Shown: piece after piece, positions 40,739 to 50,134 of the stretch
Layout of the letters: every line of letters starts with the position of its first letter
Position numbering within the stretch: the first letter of the stretch is position 1
Sequence record: NC_070936.1
DNA length: 64,000 nt
Strand: one strand, 5' to 3'
Program-made: the position numbers and the translations under genes
The notes under the pieces: generated by a model
The model's input: only the letters and a program-made list of their open reading frames with translations
What the model was told of the DNA's origin: nothing
Database searches by the model: none

Positions 40739-41419
40739 ATGAAAATGAAAAACGTATTTAAAATTATTGCTTCTGTAGTTCTTGCTTTCGGTCTGGTTGG
40801 TTGTGACAATAACGATGGGTTCGATAAAGACCTGTCTTCCGATCCGAAAGCTGGCGCAGTCGTTCGTGGCGAAGTTCTCCATAAAGTAGACTACGCTCAG
40901 AAATTGACTGTCAAGTCTGTTAAGATAACTGAGGGCGTCTACACCTTTGGTATTGCCATGAAGTCCCCAACTCGTCAACCTCAGGCAATTGTTTTTACCT
41001 GTGCTGTTGATGCTAATGCTGCCGGGATCGCCCACACTATTTTGGACGAAAACAATTTACCTATCTCTGAAGTTTCAACTCTGAGCATCATGAAATATCG
41101 CAAAGGGATCAAAGAAATTACTGAGTTAGATGAAAGCACAACTCCGTTCTTCTCAACTGCTAATGGGGACTCTGACTTTATCGGTGCGATGAACAAACTG
41201 AAGAATCTTGATAAAGATACTCCAATTGCGTTCACCATCGAAACCCCTGACTACGAAGGCTATGCTCAGACTAAAGGCTGGTCTATCATGGCGACTGCAG
41301 GTGAACTTTATAGTGCTTGGAAAGATGCACCTACTAAAGCTTGCCAGGGAACCAACCTGACACTGGAACGTGATGACGTTATCACTGGTGTCACCAATCG
41401 TCAGTTAACTGGTAAATAA
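40739..41419 (+). CDS. Lipoprotein, two-Cys family C
   Basis: Lipobox LVGC; IVFTC and KACQ cysteines. Confidence 0.8.
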   Translation: MKMKNVFKIIASVVLAFGLVGCDNNDGFDKDLSSDPKAGAVVRGEVLHKVDYAQKLTVKSVKITEGVYTFGIAMKSPTRQPQAIVFTCAVDANAAGIAHTILDENNLPISEVSTLSIMKYRKGIKEITELDESTTPFFSTANGDSDFIGAMNKLKNLDKDTPIAFTIETPDYEGYAQTKGWSIMATAGELYSAWKDAPTKACQGTNLTLERDDVITGVTNRQLTGK

Positions 41420-41436
41420 AATAATTATGTGATAAG

Positions 41437-41460
41437 GTTAGAGGGCTTCGGTCCTCTAAC
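41437..41460 (+). terminator. Intrinsic terminator
   Basis: GTTAGAGGGC-TTCG-GTCCTCTAAC. Confidence 0.75.
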
Positions 41461-41503
41461 CAAGTCATAAGAACCATTTTCTTTTTGCCTGCATTTAAAA
41501 TTA

Positions 41504-41526
41504 TTCAGACGTATATTATTAGCATG
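41504..41526 (+). promoter_or_regulatory. Early-type phage promoter motif
   Basis: TTCA-GACGT-ATATTATT-AGCA-TG. Confidence 0.7.
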
Positions 41527-41563
41527 TATATGAATAGTTTTAATTAATTATAGAGAGAACAAT

Positions 41564-42268
41564 ATGGAAAATGTTATCTTGACTGAGGAAGAAGCCAAAG
41601 TCCAAGCCGATAAAGACTGGGCTCAGTTGTTTGAATACAAGATGCAGAAAGAACTTCTGCGTTACTGTGTCTGGTCCATTTCTCTTAATGATATCGCCCA
41701 TAACCTGGGTCATGTTTGGGATGTCTGTAAACTGGGGATATGGATATCTGAGGAACTAGGGTTAGATGAACGTTCTGCTCAATTGGTGAATGTAGGTTGT
41801 TTACTTCACGACATTGGTTGCCGCTATGAACGTAAGCATCATCATTTGATAGGTTATGGGCTTGTATATGAACTTGTTGGTCGTTACTGTCCAGGTGAGT
41901 TCACAGATGAAGAACTATTAACCATCGCAACTGCAGTACTGGAGCATCGCAGTTCCAATCCAAATAAACCATCTAATCTAATCAGCAGTATTGTTAGTGT
42001 CGCTGATTCTGGCGCACCTGACTTTAATAAATACATTCGTAGAGCTGTGCAGTTTAGAAATAAGAAGATGCCAAGAGAACTTCTGATTGAAGAAGTTTAT
42101 AAACATCTATTAGAGAAGTTTGGGGTCGAAGGTTATCACTGGAGAAGTTATCCTGATATTGGATTAACTTTATTCAAGAATGAATGGGATGACTTCACTA
42201 AGAAACTTTACGATGATAAATATACCATGTCGGTTATAGAGACGACCTATGACGCCATAGGAGGCTAA
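41564..42268 (+). CDS. HD-domain metal-dependent phosphohydrolase
   Basis: HNLGH...LLHDIG...HH...EH...VADS motif order. Confidence 0.88.
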   Translation: MENVILTEEEAKVQADKDWAQLFEYKMQKELLRYCVWSISLNDIAHNLGHVWDVCKLGIWISEELGLDERSAQLVNVGCLLHDIGCRYERKHHHLIGYGLVYELVGRYCPGEFTDEELLTIATAVLEHRSSNPNKPSNLISSIVSVADSGAPDFNKYIRRAVQFRNKKMPRELLIEEVYKHLLEKFGVEGYHWRSYPDIGLTLFKNEWDDFTKKLYDDKYTMSVIETTYDAIGG

Positions 42269-42270
42269 AT

Positions 42271-42729
42271 GTGCACAGTAACTCAGCTGAATACATGCTG
42301 AATGGAATAGTTGTACTGATCATGTTAGGATGTATTATAGGAGCTATTTGGATCTTTGTCTATGATCGCTCAGCAGACCAAAGGTTCAGTTGGCACCAAC
42401 TCGTGAAGAACAGTTTCCACGTTGTGGTTATTTGTTTGAATGGGAAAGAATACACTCTTGATATTCATTACAACTGCAAAGCACAATCTCCGGTATACAA
42501 GTTGAAAGGACAACGTAGTTTAGTACTATATTTACCCACTGGCTTTACACGTCAGCAATTTCTAGACTACGTAAATGGATTAACGGGTATCGATGATCAA
42601 TTGCTTAAGGTCATCAGAAGTATTAGAAATGAAAGCATTCTTAAAGAATGTGATTTCACACATGAGGATATTTCAACATACCGAGACTTTAAACGACATT
42701 TGCTATTAAAGGCTTTAAGAAATAAATGA
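42271..42729 (+). CDS. Membrane-anchored protein
   Basis: GTG start; N-terminal TM helix (IVVLIMLGCIIGAIWIFVY). Confidence 0.75.
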   Translation: MHSNSAEYMLNGIVVLIMLGCIIGAIWIFVYDRSADQRFSWHQLVKNSFHVVVICLNGKEYTLDIHYNCKAQSPVYKLKGQRSLVLYLPTGFTRQQFLDYVNGLTGIDDQLLKVIRSIRNESILKECDFTHEDISTYRDFKRHLLLKALRNK

Positions 42730-43136
42730 ACGTAATACTCTTTGCAGTGCTGTTCATCTTTGCCGTCCTTATTGGTAAACTAGTTATGGGTAATCCCAAA
42801 TCTAAAGTTACTTCAACCATAAAAGGTCGAGTAATGGTGATAAGATATCAAGACAGGATTCTTAATGTGACTGGAGACCGGAGTGTAAGGTTAGTTCTTT
42901 ATACCCGATTTAAGAATGTTGAGCATATCGTCATTCCAATTGGGAGGGGTAAGGAAACAGCAGATCAGGTGGAGAAGTTCTTTATCACATCGAGAAGAAC
43001 CTCTATCTTAGCAAAGGGACTATTCTCGTTCAGTTCTGCTATTAACCCGATAGAACTAATGCAGTTCGATCCAACCTGTGCAGCCGAATTAGTAGAAGCT
43101 CAGTTAAAGTTACAATCCTTCTGTAAAATGAAATAA
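42726..43136 (+). CDS. Membrane-anchored protein
   Basis: N-terminal TM helix (VILFAVLFIFAVLIGKLVM); ATGA overlap. Confidence 0.75.
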   Translation: MNVILFAVLFIFAVLIGKLVMGNPKSKVTSTIKGRVMVIRYQDRILNVTGDRSVRLVLYTRFKNVEHIVIPIGRGKETADQVEKFFITSRRTSILAKGLFSFSSAINPIELMQFDPTCAAELVEAQLKLQSFCKMK

Positions 43137-43140
43137 ACAA

Positions 43141-43191
43141 CATAAAACCCCTACCCCTCCTTTCGGAGTGGGTAGGGGATAATAACTTATG
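43141..43191. terminator. Bidirectional hairpin terminator, repeat family copy 4
   Basis: CCCCTACCC-CTCC-TTTC-GGAG-T-GGGTAGGGG between convergent genes. Confidence 0.85.
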
Positions 43192-43200
43192 TTATTTTTT

Positions 43201-44103
43201 TTAGCCCATGTATTTAGGCTGGGTCACGCTACGAGCATCTTTGTTCATGATGTCGATCAGACCGTTGTTCTGAATACCCTGCAGAGTTGCAGTAGGCTGT
43301 TTGAAGCCAGCCGGAGCTGCACGACCACCTGGGTTGTACAGAGGCATACGCTGCATTACAGCACGTGCAATCTCTTTAGCAGCCAGAGTATCAAACTCCA
43401 TCAGGCCAGTGAACTCAGTGTTGATTTCACGTACAGCACCGGAAGAGTTATCAACGTCAAAGCTGAACTCATAGTTCGCACCTTCTTTAGGCATCTGAGC
43501 CAGAACCAGGCAAGCGTGACGCACATCGCGCCAGTTACGGCTTGGTTCGAAGTAGATGGAACTCATGGAGATTTCATCCAGAAGCATTTCGCCCTGATAG
43601 TTCAGAGTGATGATCTTAGGATGACGAATCACTGGGTCATTCAGCAGGTAGCTGATCCAGGTATCCATCAGTTTGGAGAAGGATTCACCTTCTGGGTCCA
43701 GAGCCATGTGGCTGATCGCACCGAAGGTACGAGTAGAACCCACTGGGAAGCTCAGAGTAGAACCGCCAGCCCAAGTGATGTCATGGTAATCAACCGCAGT
43801 ACGAACACTCAGACCAGACCAGTTACGGCTACGGGTTTCCATGTATGCACGAAGCAGACCATGAAGCTCCTGACCGCCAGGCAGTGCCGAGAACGCAGCT
43901 GGGGTTGACAGGTTGACGCAGTAAGGACGCTGGGATACATATGGTTGTTCCTGAACAAAACGGAAGTTGTTCGGAGCAAAGCCATACTGACCGCCGAATG
44001 CAGCGTTGATTACCGGGGTATTCCGGATATCGAATGCACGGACGAAATCAGAGTTCCCCGGCATCAGCGTCATATTGTCGCGATATGGGTAGTTAGTTGC
44101 CAT
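43201..44103 (-). CDS. Tail tube protein (phiKZ gp30-like)
   Basis: GGQYGFAP..QPYV and EPSRNWRDV...PK motifs; downstream of the sheath; extreme codon bias. Confidence 0.8.
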   Translation of the reverse strand: MATNYPYRDNMTLMPGNSDFVRAFDIRNTPVINAAFGGQYGFAPNNFRFVQEQPYVSQRPYCVNLSTPAAFSALPGGQELHGLLRAYMETRSRNWSGLSVRTAVDYHDITWAGGSTLSFPVGSTRTFGAISHMALDPEGESFSKLMDTWISYLLNDPVIRHPKIITLNYQGEMLLDEISMSSIYFEPSRNWRDVRHACLVLAQMPKEGANYEFSFDVDNSSGAVREINTEFTGLMEFDTLAAKEIARAVMQRMPLYNPGGRAAPAGFKQPTATLQGIQNNGLIDIMNKDARSVTQPKYMG

Positions 44104-44114
44104 CTTTTAATTCC

Positions 44115-46310
44115 TTATTCTGCTGCGAGGCTGTCTTCGTTGTAAGCTTCCAGCACGGAATCCATCATGTAAACACCTTTACCGAACCAGAGGCGGGTAA
44201 CTGCGTACATTACAGATTTAGAAGTTGGGGAATCTTCACGGAATGAAGTTTCAACTTCCCAGTTGGAAATTACAGAACCGAACAGATCACGGATGCGTGC
44301 TTCTGCACCGTCTTTAACGCGAGCCAGATAACCTTCACGACCCAGCTGTGGATCGCCAGAAACCTGAATCCACTGATCTTGCAGAATCTTCTCAACGCAG
44401 ACACATTTCCAAACGTTGGTCAGATCTTTCAGCACACTGTTGATGTTGTCATAAACAGTTGGAAGTGCCGGACGGCAGAACTGAGACTCGGTGATTGGAG
44501 TAACAGTGATCGAACCGTTGATCAGGTTGTTAGCAGCAGGATCGTCAGCTTCGAACTGAACCTGTGGATCGTGAGCGATACGCAGGATACGGTTAGCATC
44601 ATGATCAGGCATTTGAGAAGCAAACATCTTACCGTCTGCACCACCACCTGCTACAGCAAATGCGTACATCAGGTCGATGTTCAGAGAGAAGCGTTCCCAG
44701 GTAGGTTCGTTAATGTAACGAGCATCCCACAGGTTGATAGAAGCACGGCAAGCCGCAGCTTTATACACTTCAGATTCTGGAATCATGGTGATACGAGTGT
44801 TCAGCATGGTAGCGGTAGAGTAGATCTCATCTTGGCTCTTATTGCGCAGCCATTCGGTAGCACAAGGAACAACAATGATATCTTTACGCTTAGACATGAA
44901 CTGAATCAGGATATCTTTAATACGCTGGTTAAAACCAACGTCCCACATGAATGAAGCACGGTTACGAATAACGTCTTTAACATCCAGGGAGTTCTGATAT
45001 TCCAGCAGGTAAGCTTCCAACAGAACCTGGTTCATTTCCCAGCACTGTTTAGTAGTGATCACTGCATCTGGATCAGATACATCAACTACCCACTCACCAT
45101 CGACTGCATCTACCCAGCTAGCTGGTTTAGCAGGGAATTTACCATCAGCATCTGCGTATGGGTTAATACCGCCGCTAGCTTGCAGGTAATGGTTAGGACT
45201 CATGCGAGTACCAGTCAGAGAACCTTCAACGTTCAGGTTACCACCGAACACGATGCGATGATAAGGTTTACCGAAATGGTTCACCAGATCCAGCATGTTC
45301 ATGATAGCGAACTTAGGCAGACGTTTAGACTGAACAGCCGGAGGCAGAATAGTACCATCGCCATATTCAGCATCATACAGTTCTTTAGCTACCGTACTGA
45401 TGTTTTGTGTATAAGAGAATACAGTATCAAACGGAGCATCACGGAGTTCGACTGGACGGTTTACGTTGTTACCGGTGTATTGATCAACTGCAGTTTTCAG
45501 GCTGTAGCGAACATTCAAATCGGAAACAGTATCGAACATGGTGAAGGTGGTATCAGGAACACCATTAATAGTATTCGCTGGAACACGCAGACCATTATCC
45601 AACAGAGTACCCAGGTTCAGGATGAACGGGTAAGAACCATTGGTCATAACGAAACGAGCTACTTCGTTCCAATCGGTGTTTGCACCGTGGCCGATAGTTG
45701 CATAGTTAGCATTATAAACATCACCGATACCGGAGATGATTTCGCTCAATGGATAGAAGGTACCTTTGGTGCTAACCGGAATATCTGGAGTACCTTCATT
45801 AGCGGTTACTTCCATTGGTTTAGCTGAGCCAACATCACCTTTGGTTGCCATTACTGCAGGACAAACCCAAACACCTTTGACGGTTGGTGCATCTTTGTTG
45901 ACCACAGGGTTGCCCGTCGCATCTTGTTGGTAATCGTCATTAACATCACGATCATAATTCGGCACATCACCTTTAAAGATAGCTACACCGAAGATAGTAC
46001 GTGCTTTAACGTCGTTATTAACCAAACGTTTGAAACGGAAAGAAGCTTGACCCGCGCGGCCTAATTGCTGGATAGCATAGGTAACTGGGTTGTAGTACAT
46101 ACCGAACGCATCAGTAGTGTCGCCGAACTTTTCAGTGAAAGTCCCAACAGCTACCGTACCGCCTTTGGTTGGCCCCTTAGGGGTTACCGAAGCGAAGTCC
46201 GGAAAGTGAGCAGGAGAAGAGATAACCGGTACACCGGCCGGGAATTGTTCCCGACTAACAATACCATTATTTACCACTTTACCTGGAATCACTTTGTTAA
46301 AAGTATCCAT
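44115..46310 (-). CDS. Tail sheath protein (phiKZ gp29-like)
   Basis: 731 aa; PAHFP...TPKGP, WDVGF...K, C-terminal PTVYDNINSVL; extreme codon bias. Confidence 0.85.
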   Translation of the reverse strand: MDTFNKVIPGKVVNNGIVSREQFPAGVPVISSPAHFPDFASVTPKGPTKGGTVAVGTFTEKFGDTTDAFGMYYNPVTYAIQQLGRAGQASFRFKRLVNNDVKARTIFGVAIFKGDVPNYDRDVNDDYQQDATGNPVVNKDAPTVKGVWVCPAVMATKGDVGSAKPMEVTANEGTPDIPVSTKGTFYPLSEIISGIGDVYNANYATIGHGANTDWNEVARFVMTNGSYPFILNLGTLLDNGLRVPANTINGVPDTTFTMFDTVSDLNVRYSLKTAVDQYTGNNVNRPVELRDAPFDTVFSYTQNISTVAKELYDAEYGDGTILPPAVQSKRLPKFAIMNMLDLVNHFGKPYHRIVFGGNLNVEGSLTGTRMSPNHYLQASGGINPYADADGKFPAKPASWVDAVDGEWVVDVSDPDAVITTKQCWEMNQVLLEAYLLEYQNSLDVKDVIRNRASFMWDVGFNQRIKDILIQFMSKRKDIIVVPCATEWLRNKSQDEIYSTATMLNTRITMIPESEVYKAAACRASINLWDARYINEPTWERFSLNIDLMYAFAVAGGGADGKMFASQMPDHDANRILRIAHDPQVQFEADDPAANNLINGSITVTPITESQFCRPALPTVYDNINSVLKDLTNVWKCVCVEKILQDQWIQVSGDPQLGREGYLARVKDGAEARIRDLFGSVISNWEVETSFREDSPTSKSVMYAVTRLWFGKGVYMMDSVLEAYNEDSLAAE

Positions 46311-46417
46311 AGTAAAACCTCATTAATTTTTTTGATCAAAAAAATCAATCGTATGACCCTAAAATCGGGCATGACAGTTAACGTTAACACGCATAACATT
46401 ATTTCAGGACTAGAGTT

Positions 46418-47293
46418 ATGATATTAAATGGTTACGATACTACCGTGGGTAGTAGATTCAAAGTTAAAGACAAGGTAACTGAAACGATTAACGCTTTGCA
46501 AAGCACTGATCGTTTAGAGTTAGTTGATAATCGCGGTGTGTTCGCTGTTGATCACAAAAACGATTTCGGACTTCCTCCTTTTATCTTCCCAATCTCTCTC
46601 ATTAACTATGCAAGAGAGCCAGTTACTGTTTTTGACCAACGCACTTACTTTAATAAAGCAGGACGCAATATCAACGTTCCTGAATATAACGTAATGTTGC
46701 TGGCAAGTATTCTTCAACAGGATGCTCAAAAAGGTAACCTTACCTTAATTAAATCAGTTCGTCCATTCACTATCAAAGCATTCGCTAATGCTGTTGGTAA
46801 TGCCATCGGTCGCACAACTACACTTGATATTGTTCAGAAGATAACGCTGCGCATTATCCTGGGTTATTATTTCGTTTGTCTGTCTGAAAGTCCTAACGTG
46901 GATTATTCATTCATTGCACAAAACGCAGTATCTCGTGCACTTCGCATTCCTCAAGCTCAGGTACAAGAAGTTATCGAAGATCTGGGTTACTTAGCGAAAG
47001 TTGAAGACCTGCTGAAAGCTATCAAAGAACAACCTTCTCTGTTCTCTCTGAGTCGTTTGGATATTGGTGGTCTTGTAGCTGCTGGTTCCAGTGTGTTCTT
47101 CTCAACATCTGGTTTCCGTATGTTGATGGGTGCTGCTCTAGAAATGCCTACTTTATTTACGGCTATCTGCTGGGGCGCTGCAACTCAGAAGATCTATCAG
47201 AATACCGCTGTTGGTCAAGAGCTGAATGTGAAAGAAGATAAAACAGTTTCTAGCTTCATTGCTACAACTGAATACTACTTCACTGGTCGTTAA
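46418..47293 (+). CDS. Conserved virion protein (phiKZ gp28-like position)
   Basis: MILNGYDTTVG start; divergent from the sheath as in phiKZ-like phages. Confidence 0.65.
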   Translation: MILNGYDTTVGSRFKVKDKVTETINALQSTDRLELVDNRGVFAVDHKNDFGLPPFIFPISLINYAREPVTVFDQRTYFNKAGRNINVPEYNVMLLASILQQDAQKGNLTLIKSVRPFTIKAFANAVGNAIGRTTTLDIVQKITLRIILGYYFVCLSESPNVDYSFIAQNAVSRALRIPQAQVQEVIEDLGYLAKVEDLLKAIKEQPSLFSLSRLDIGGLVAAGSSVFFSTSGFRMLMGAALEMPTLFTAICWGAATQKIYQNTAVGQELNVKEDKTVSSFIATTEYYFTGR

Positions 47294-47311
47294 TCTTTTT
47301 ATTATCTTGGG

Positions 47312-50134
47312 GTGATATCAATGCCTGCATATCAACTCTGCTACTCCCAAGAAGATAATCCATTGGTTGATTACTCTATAAAGAACATGTGGGGTAATCC
47401 AGAGCTGGACTCTCAATACCAGATTAAACTGGCTAGAGTGTCCGGCCTCCAAGGTTTTGTTAATGACTTTGCTTACACCGGCAAGCGTCGGTATCTCCCC
47501 ACAACTTTAGAATTCTATCATGTATTCACTTTAGGTGGACTTGATACTGGATTCTGGAACCTGGGGAGTCGTAATCAAAGTTGGTATCCGATGGATGCCT
47601 GGGTACGAGCATCTGAGTATTCCACGAAACGTGGTGTGACTTTAGATTTCTATAAAGCCGACGGGACAATGTTCCCACGCAACTTGGTGTACATCATGCC
47701 TTGCTTTGATGGCACTACTTTGGTTTGCTTCCCTAGAAACGATAACTTCCCGTTACCTCTAGATAAGAACATGTATATGCACTGTTATACCACAGACATT
47801 AATACATCTCTTATCAGTAATGAAAATCTACCTAAGTTCTCCTTTGGATACTCAGGCGGTATTTACATTCAACATGAGGATATGGAAACAGTACGTCTGA
47901 ATTATAACACTTGGAAAGGTTATAACATGGGGATGGTTTCTTTCTACCACAATGGTACTTTGAAGCCTATCGACTCAGTTACACTTAGACCAGGTGATTT
48001 AATTGAAGCGTGTTACGATCCTTCAATTGAAATGATTCTGAAATACAAGTATAAAGGTATGCCTGACTATTTCTCTACGCTTGATAATAAGCGTAAGGTT
48101 ATATTGTTCCCAGGCTTCAAAGACGTACCTCGCTTGTATCGTTATTATGACGACTGTCGTTTCTATGTTGTAAATAAACGTAATAACAATGGTTATTACT
48201 ATAATCGTAATAGCGAAGATGCAGTAAGGCAGTTGACTCATCAAGACTATGGTTTAGCTGCGGCTTATGTAGAGTTTCTTGCTAACCGTTTAATTGCTGA
48301 GGATTCAACTAAAAAGACCACGATGAATGACATCGAGATCATGGTCGCCTATCATGCCACTCGCTGGGAATTTAAATTAGGTCCAACGTCTAGCAGAATT
48401 AATGATCTTTATCTACTTGAAGATCCTGCTAAGATTCTGGATGCGATGACTGGCTCTAACTCAAACGTTAAGGAATGGCAAGCAGCTACTCTGGAAGGTT
48501 CACCTACCAACAGAGTGTTGAACTCCATTGCTCCTAAACTGACTTCTGAGTTAGTACGTGAAGGTTTGGGTTATCATGGTTGTTCTGTAGCCATGTCTAA
48601 CTCTCCTTTATATATGCCTGCCATTACTCCTGGTCAACCTGGGTTTAACGACATTTATCCGACCCCTCCATATACCTCTGGTCTGGGTTATGAAATCCCA
48701 CCAACATTTGTACAGTCTTCCACGGCTTATGAATATGATATTGATGGACTGCTGTTAAGAAAGCAATACGTCAAGAATCAAGAGTGGTACGCTCCTAATA
48801 AAGATACTGCTTATGTGGAATGGGTGTTGGGTAAAGCAACTACTTGGTTGGATTGGGAAGTAAGTCACGATGATATTAAAATTCGTTGTGGTTATGGTTT
48901 CAGGGTTTATAAAGCTCCATGGGCTATTGATCCAGATTGGGAACCTAAAGATCCAGTTCCAAATGAAATCAAGATCAGTAAAGATGGTACCAACCCGTAT
49001 CCTCCAAACGGTGCTGAATTAAAAATTCTGAAGTATGGTGAGACCCCTACCGATCCAGACCCTTCACTTCCTGAAGGTGGTAAAGTTGCTGGGCCTTGGG
49101 TAGATATCACAGATACCGATGAATACCGTATTGAGAATGGTTATATCGTCTGGAACTTTGACACAGTTAACTATGTCGGGATGGTTGTGTTCGATACCGC
49201 TCATTTATACAATGAGTTTGAACTTACCCATATCGATAATAGTTTAAGTTTCGGTATTACACATCAGTGGCCTATTGGTGGTCCTTTGGTAACTATCGAA
49301 CCAGGTCAATTAGATATTTGGATGAACCGTCACCCACTTATTGAGAACGTGGATTACATTGTGGATTTCCCAATGGTTCACATCATCAGTAAGATGTGGT
49401 TGGTAGATGGTCCTCAATTTATCCAGTATCGTGGAACAGGTCTCTCTAAAAACGGTTTAGTTCATACAAGTGAACTTGGGTTTGTTGCTGATGGTGTGAT
49501 TGGTTATAATGGTCGTTACAATCTTCGTATTGACCGTCCAACTAAAACCATTATCGGTGGTAGACTTTATCTAACTCCTACCGTTGACTGGGCTGAAGAT
49601 ATTCATCACGGTCACAACCTGAATAATCTCAATGGTTGGCCTTATGAGGTTAAACATATTTATTCAGCGAACAAGTATGTGGATTGGTATAACACATACT
49701 GGGGTTATGATGCAGCGATTGAAGTAGATAAACGTGTTTCTGATTATCTTACTGAATACGCAACCTACAAGTCTCCTTGGTCTCCTATCCTTCCTTATCT
49801 CGAAGAAGATAAGTATACCTTGTTTAGTCCATTCCTGAGTAAGATCGTGAATGAGCTAGCGTTAGGATTTATGGATGCACCTAAACCTTCCGGGCTTGAG
49901 ATTCCATATCCAGACCAAACTGTGCTAGAGTTGATTAAACCTTATGAGTGGATGTTGAAATATGATCCAATCATTCTGGGGTACGATCTTAGATACTTCA
50001 CAGTTCATCCTTATAGTAACTTGAAGAAAGTCACTATAACTCCCGATCAAATGACTTTTATAAGTGTCGTCAATAATTTGTTCCTGGAAGGGAAAGTAAA
50101 AATTGAAGGTCACTTTGAGGTGAAACATGTTTGA
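47312..50134 (+). CDS. Baseplate/virion structural protein (phiKZ gp27-like)
   Basis: 940 aa; LVDYSIKNMWGNPELDSQY start, NRHPLIENVDY and C-terminal YTLFSPFLSKI conserved-type segments. Confidence 0.7.
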   Translation: MISMPAYQLCYSQEDNPLVDYSIKNMWGNPELDSQYQIKLARVSGLQGFVNDFAYTGKRRYLPTTLEFYHVFTLGGLDTGFWNLGSRNQSWYPMDAWVRASEYSTKRGVTLDFYKADGTMFPRNLVYIMPCFDGTTLVCFPRNDNFPLPLDKNMYMHCYTTDINTSLISNENLPKFSFGYSGGIYIQHEDMETVRLNYNTWKGYNMGMVSFYHNGTLKPIDSVTLRPGDLIEACYDPSIEMILKYKYKGMPDYFSTLDNKRKVILFPGFKDVPRLYRYYDDCRFYVVNKRNNNGYYYNRNSEDAVRQLTHQDYGLAAAYVEFLANRLIAEDSTKKTTMNDIEIMVAYHATRWEFKLGPTSSRINDLYLLEDPAKILDAMTGSNSNVKEWQAATLEGSPTNRVLNSIAPKLTSELVREGLGYHGCSVAMSNSPLYMPAITPGQPGFNDIYPTPPYTSGLGYEIPPTFVQSSTAYEYDIDGLLLRKQYVKNQEWYAPNKDTAYVEWVLGKATTWLDWEVSHDDIKIRCGYGFRVYKAPWAIDPDWEPKDPVPNEIKISKDGTNPYPPNGAELKILKYGETPTDPDPSLPEGGKVAGPWVDITDTDEYRIENGYIVWNFDTVNYVGMVVFDTAHLYNEFELTHIDNSLSFGITHQWPIGGPLVTIEPGQLDIWMNRHPLIENVDYIVDFPMVHIISKMWLVDGPQFIQYRGTGLSKNGLVHTSELGFVADGVIGYNGRYNLRIDRPTKTIIGGRLYLTPTVDWAEDIHHGHNLNNLNGWPYEVKHIYSANKYVDWYNTYWGYDAAIEVDKRVSDYLTEYATYKSPWSPILPYLEEDKYTLFSPFLSKIVNELALGFMDAPKPSGLEIPYPDQTVLELIKPYEWMLKYDPIILGYDLRYFTVHPYSNLKKVTITPDQMTFISVVNNLFLEGKVKIEGHFEVKHV

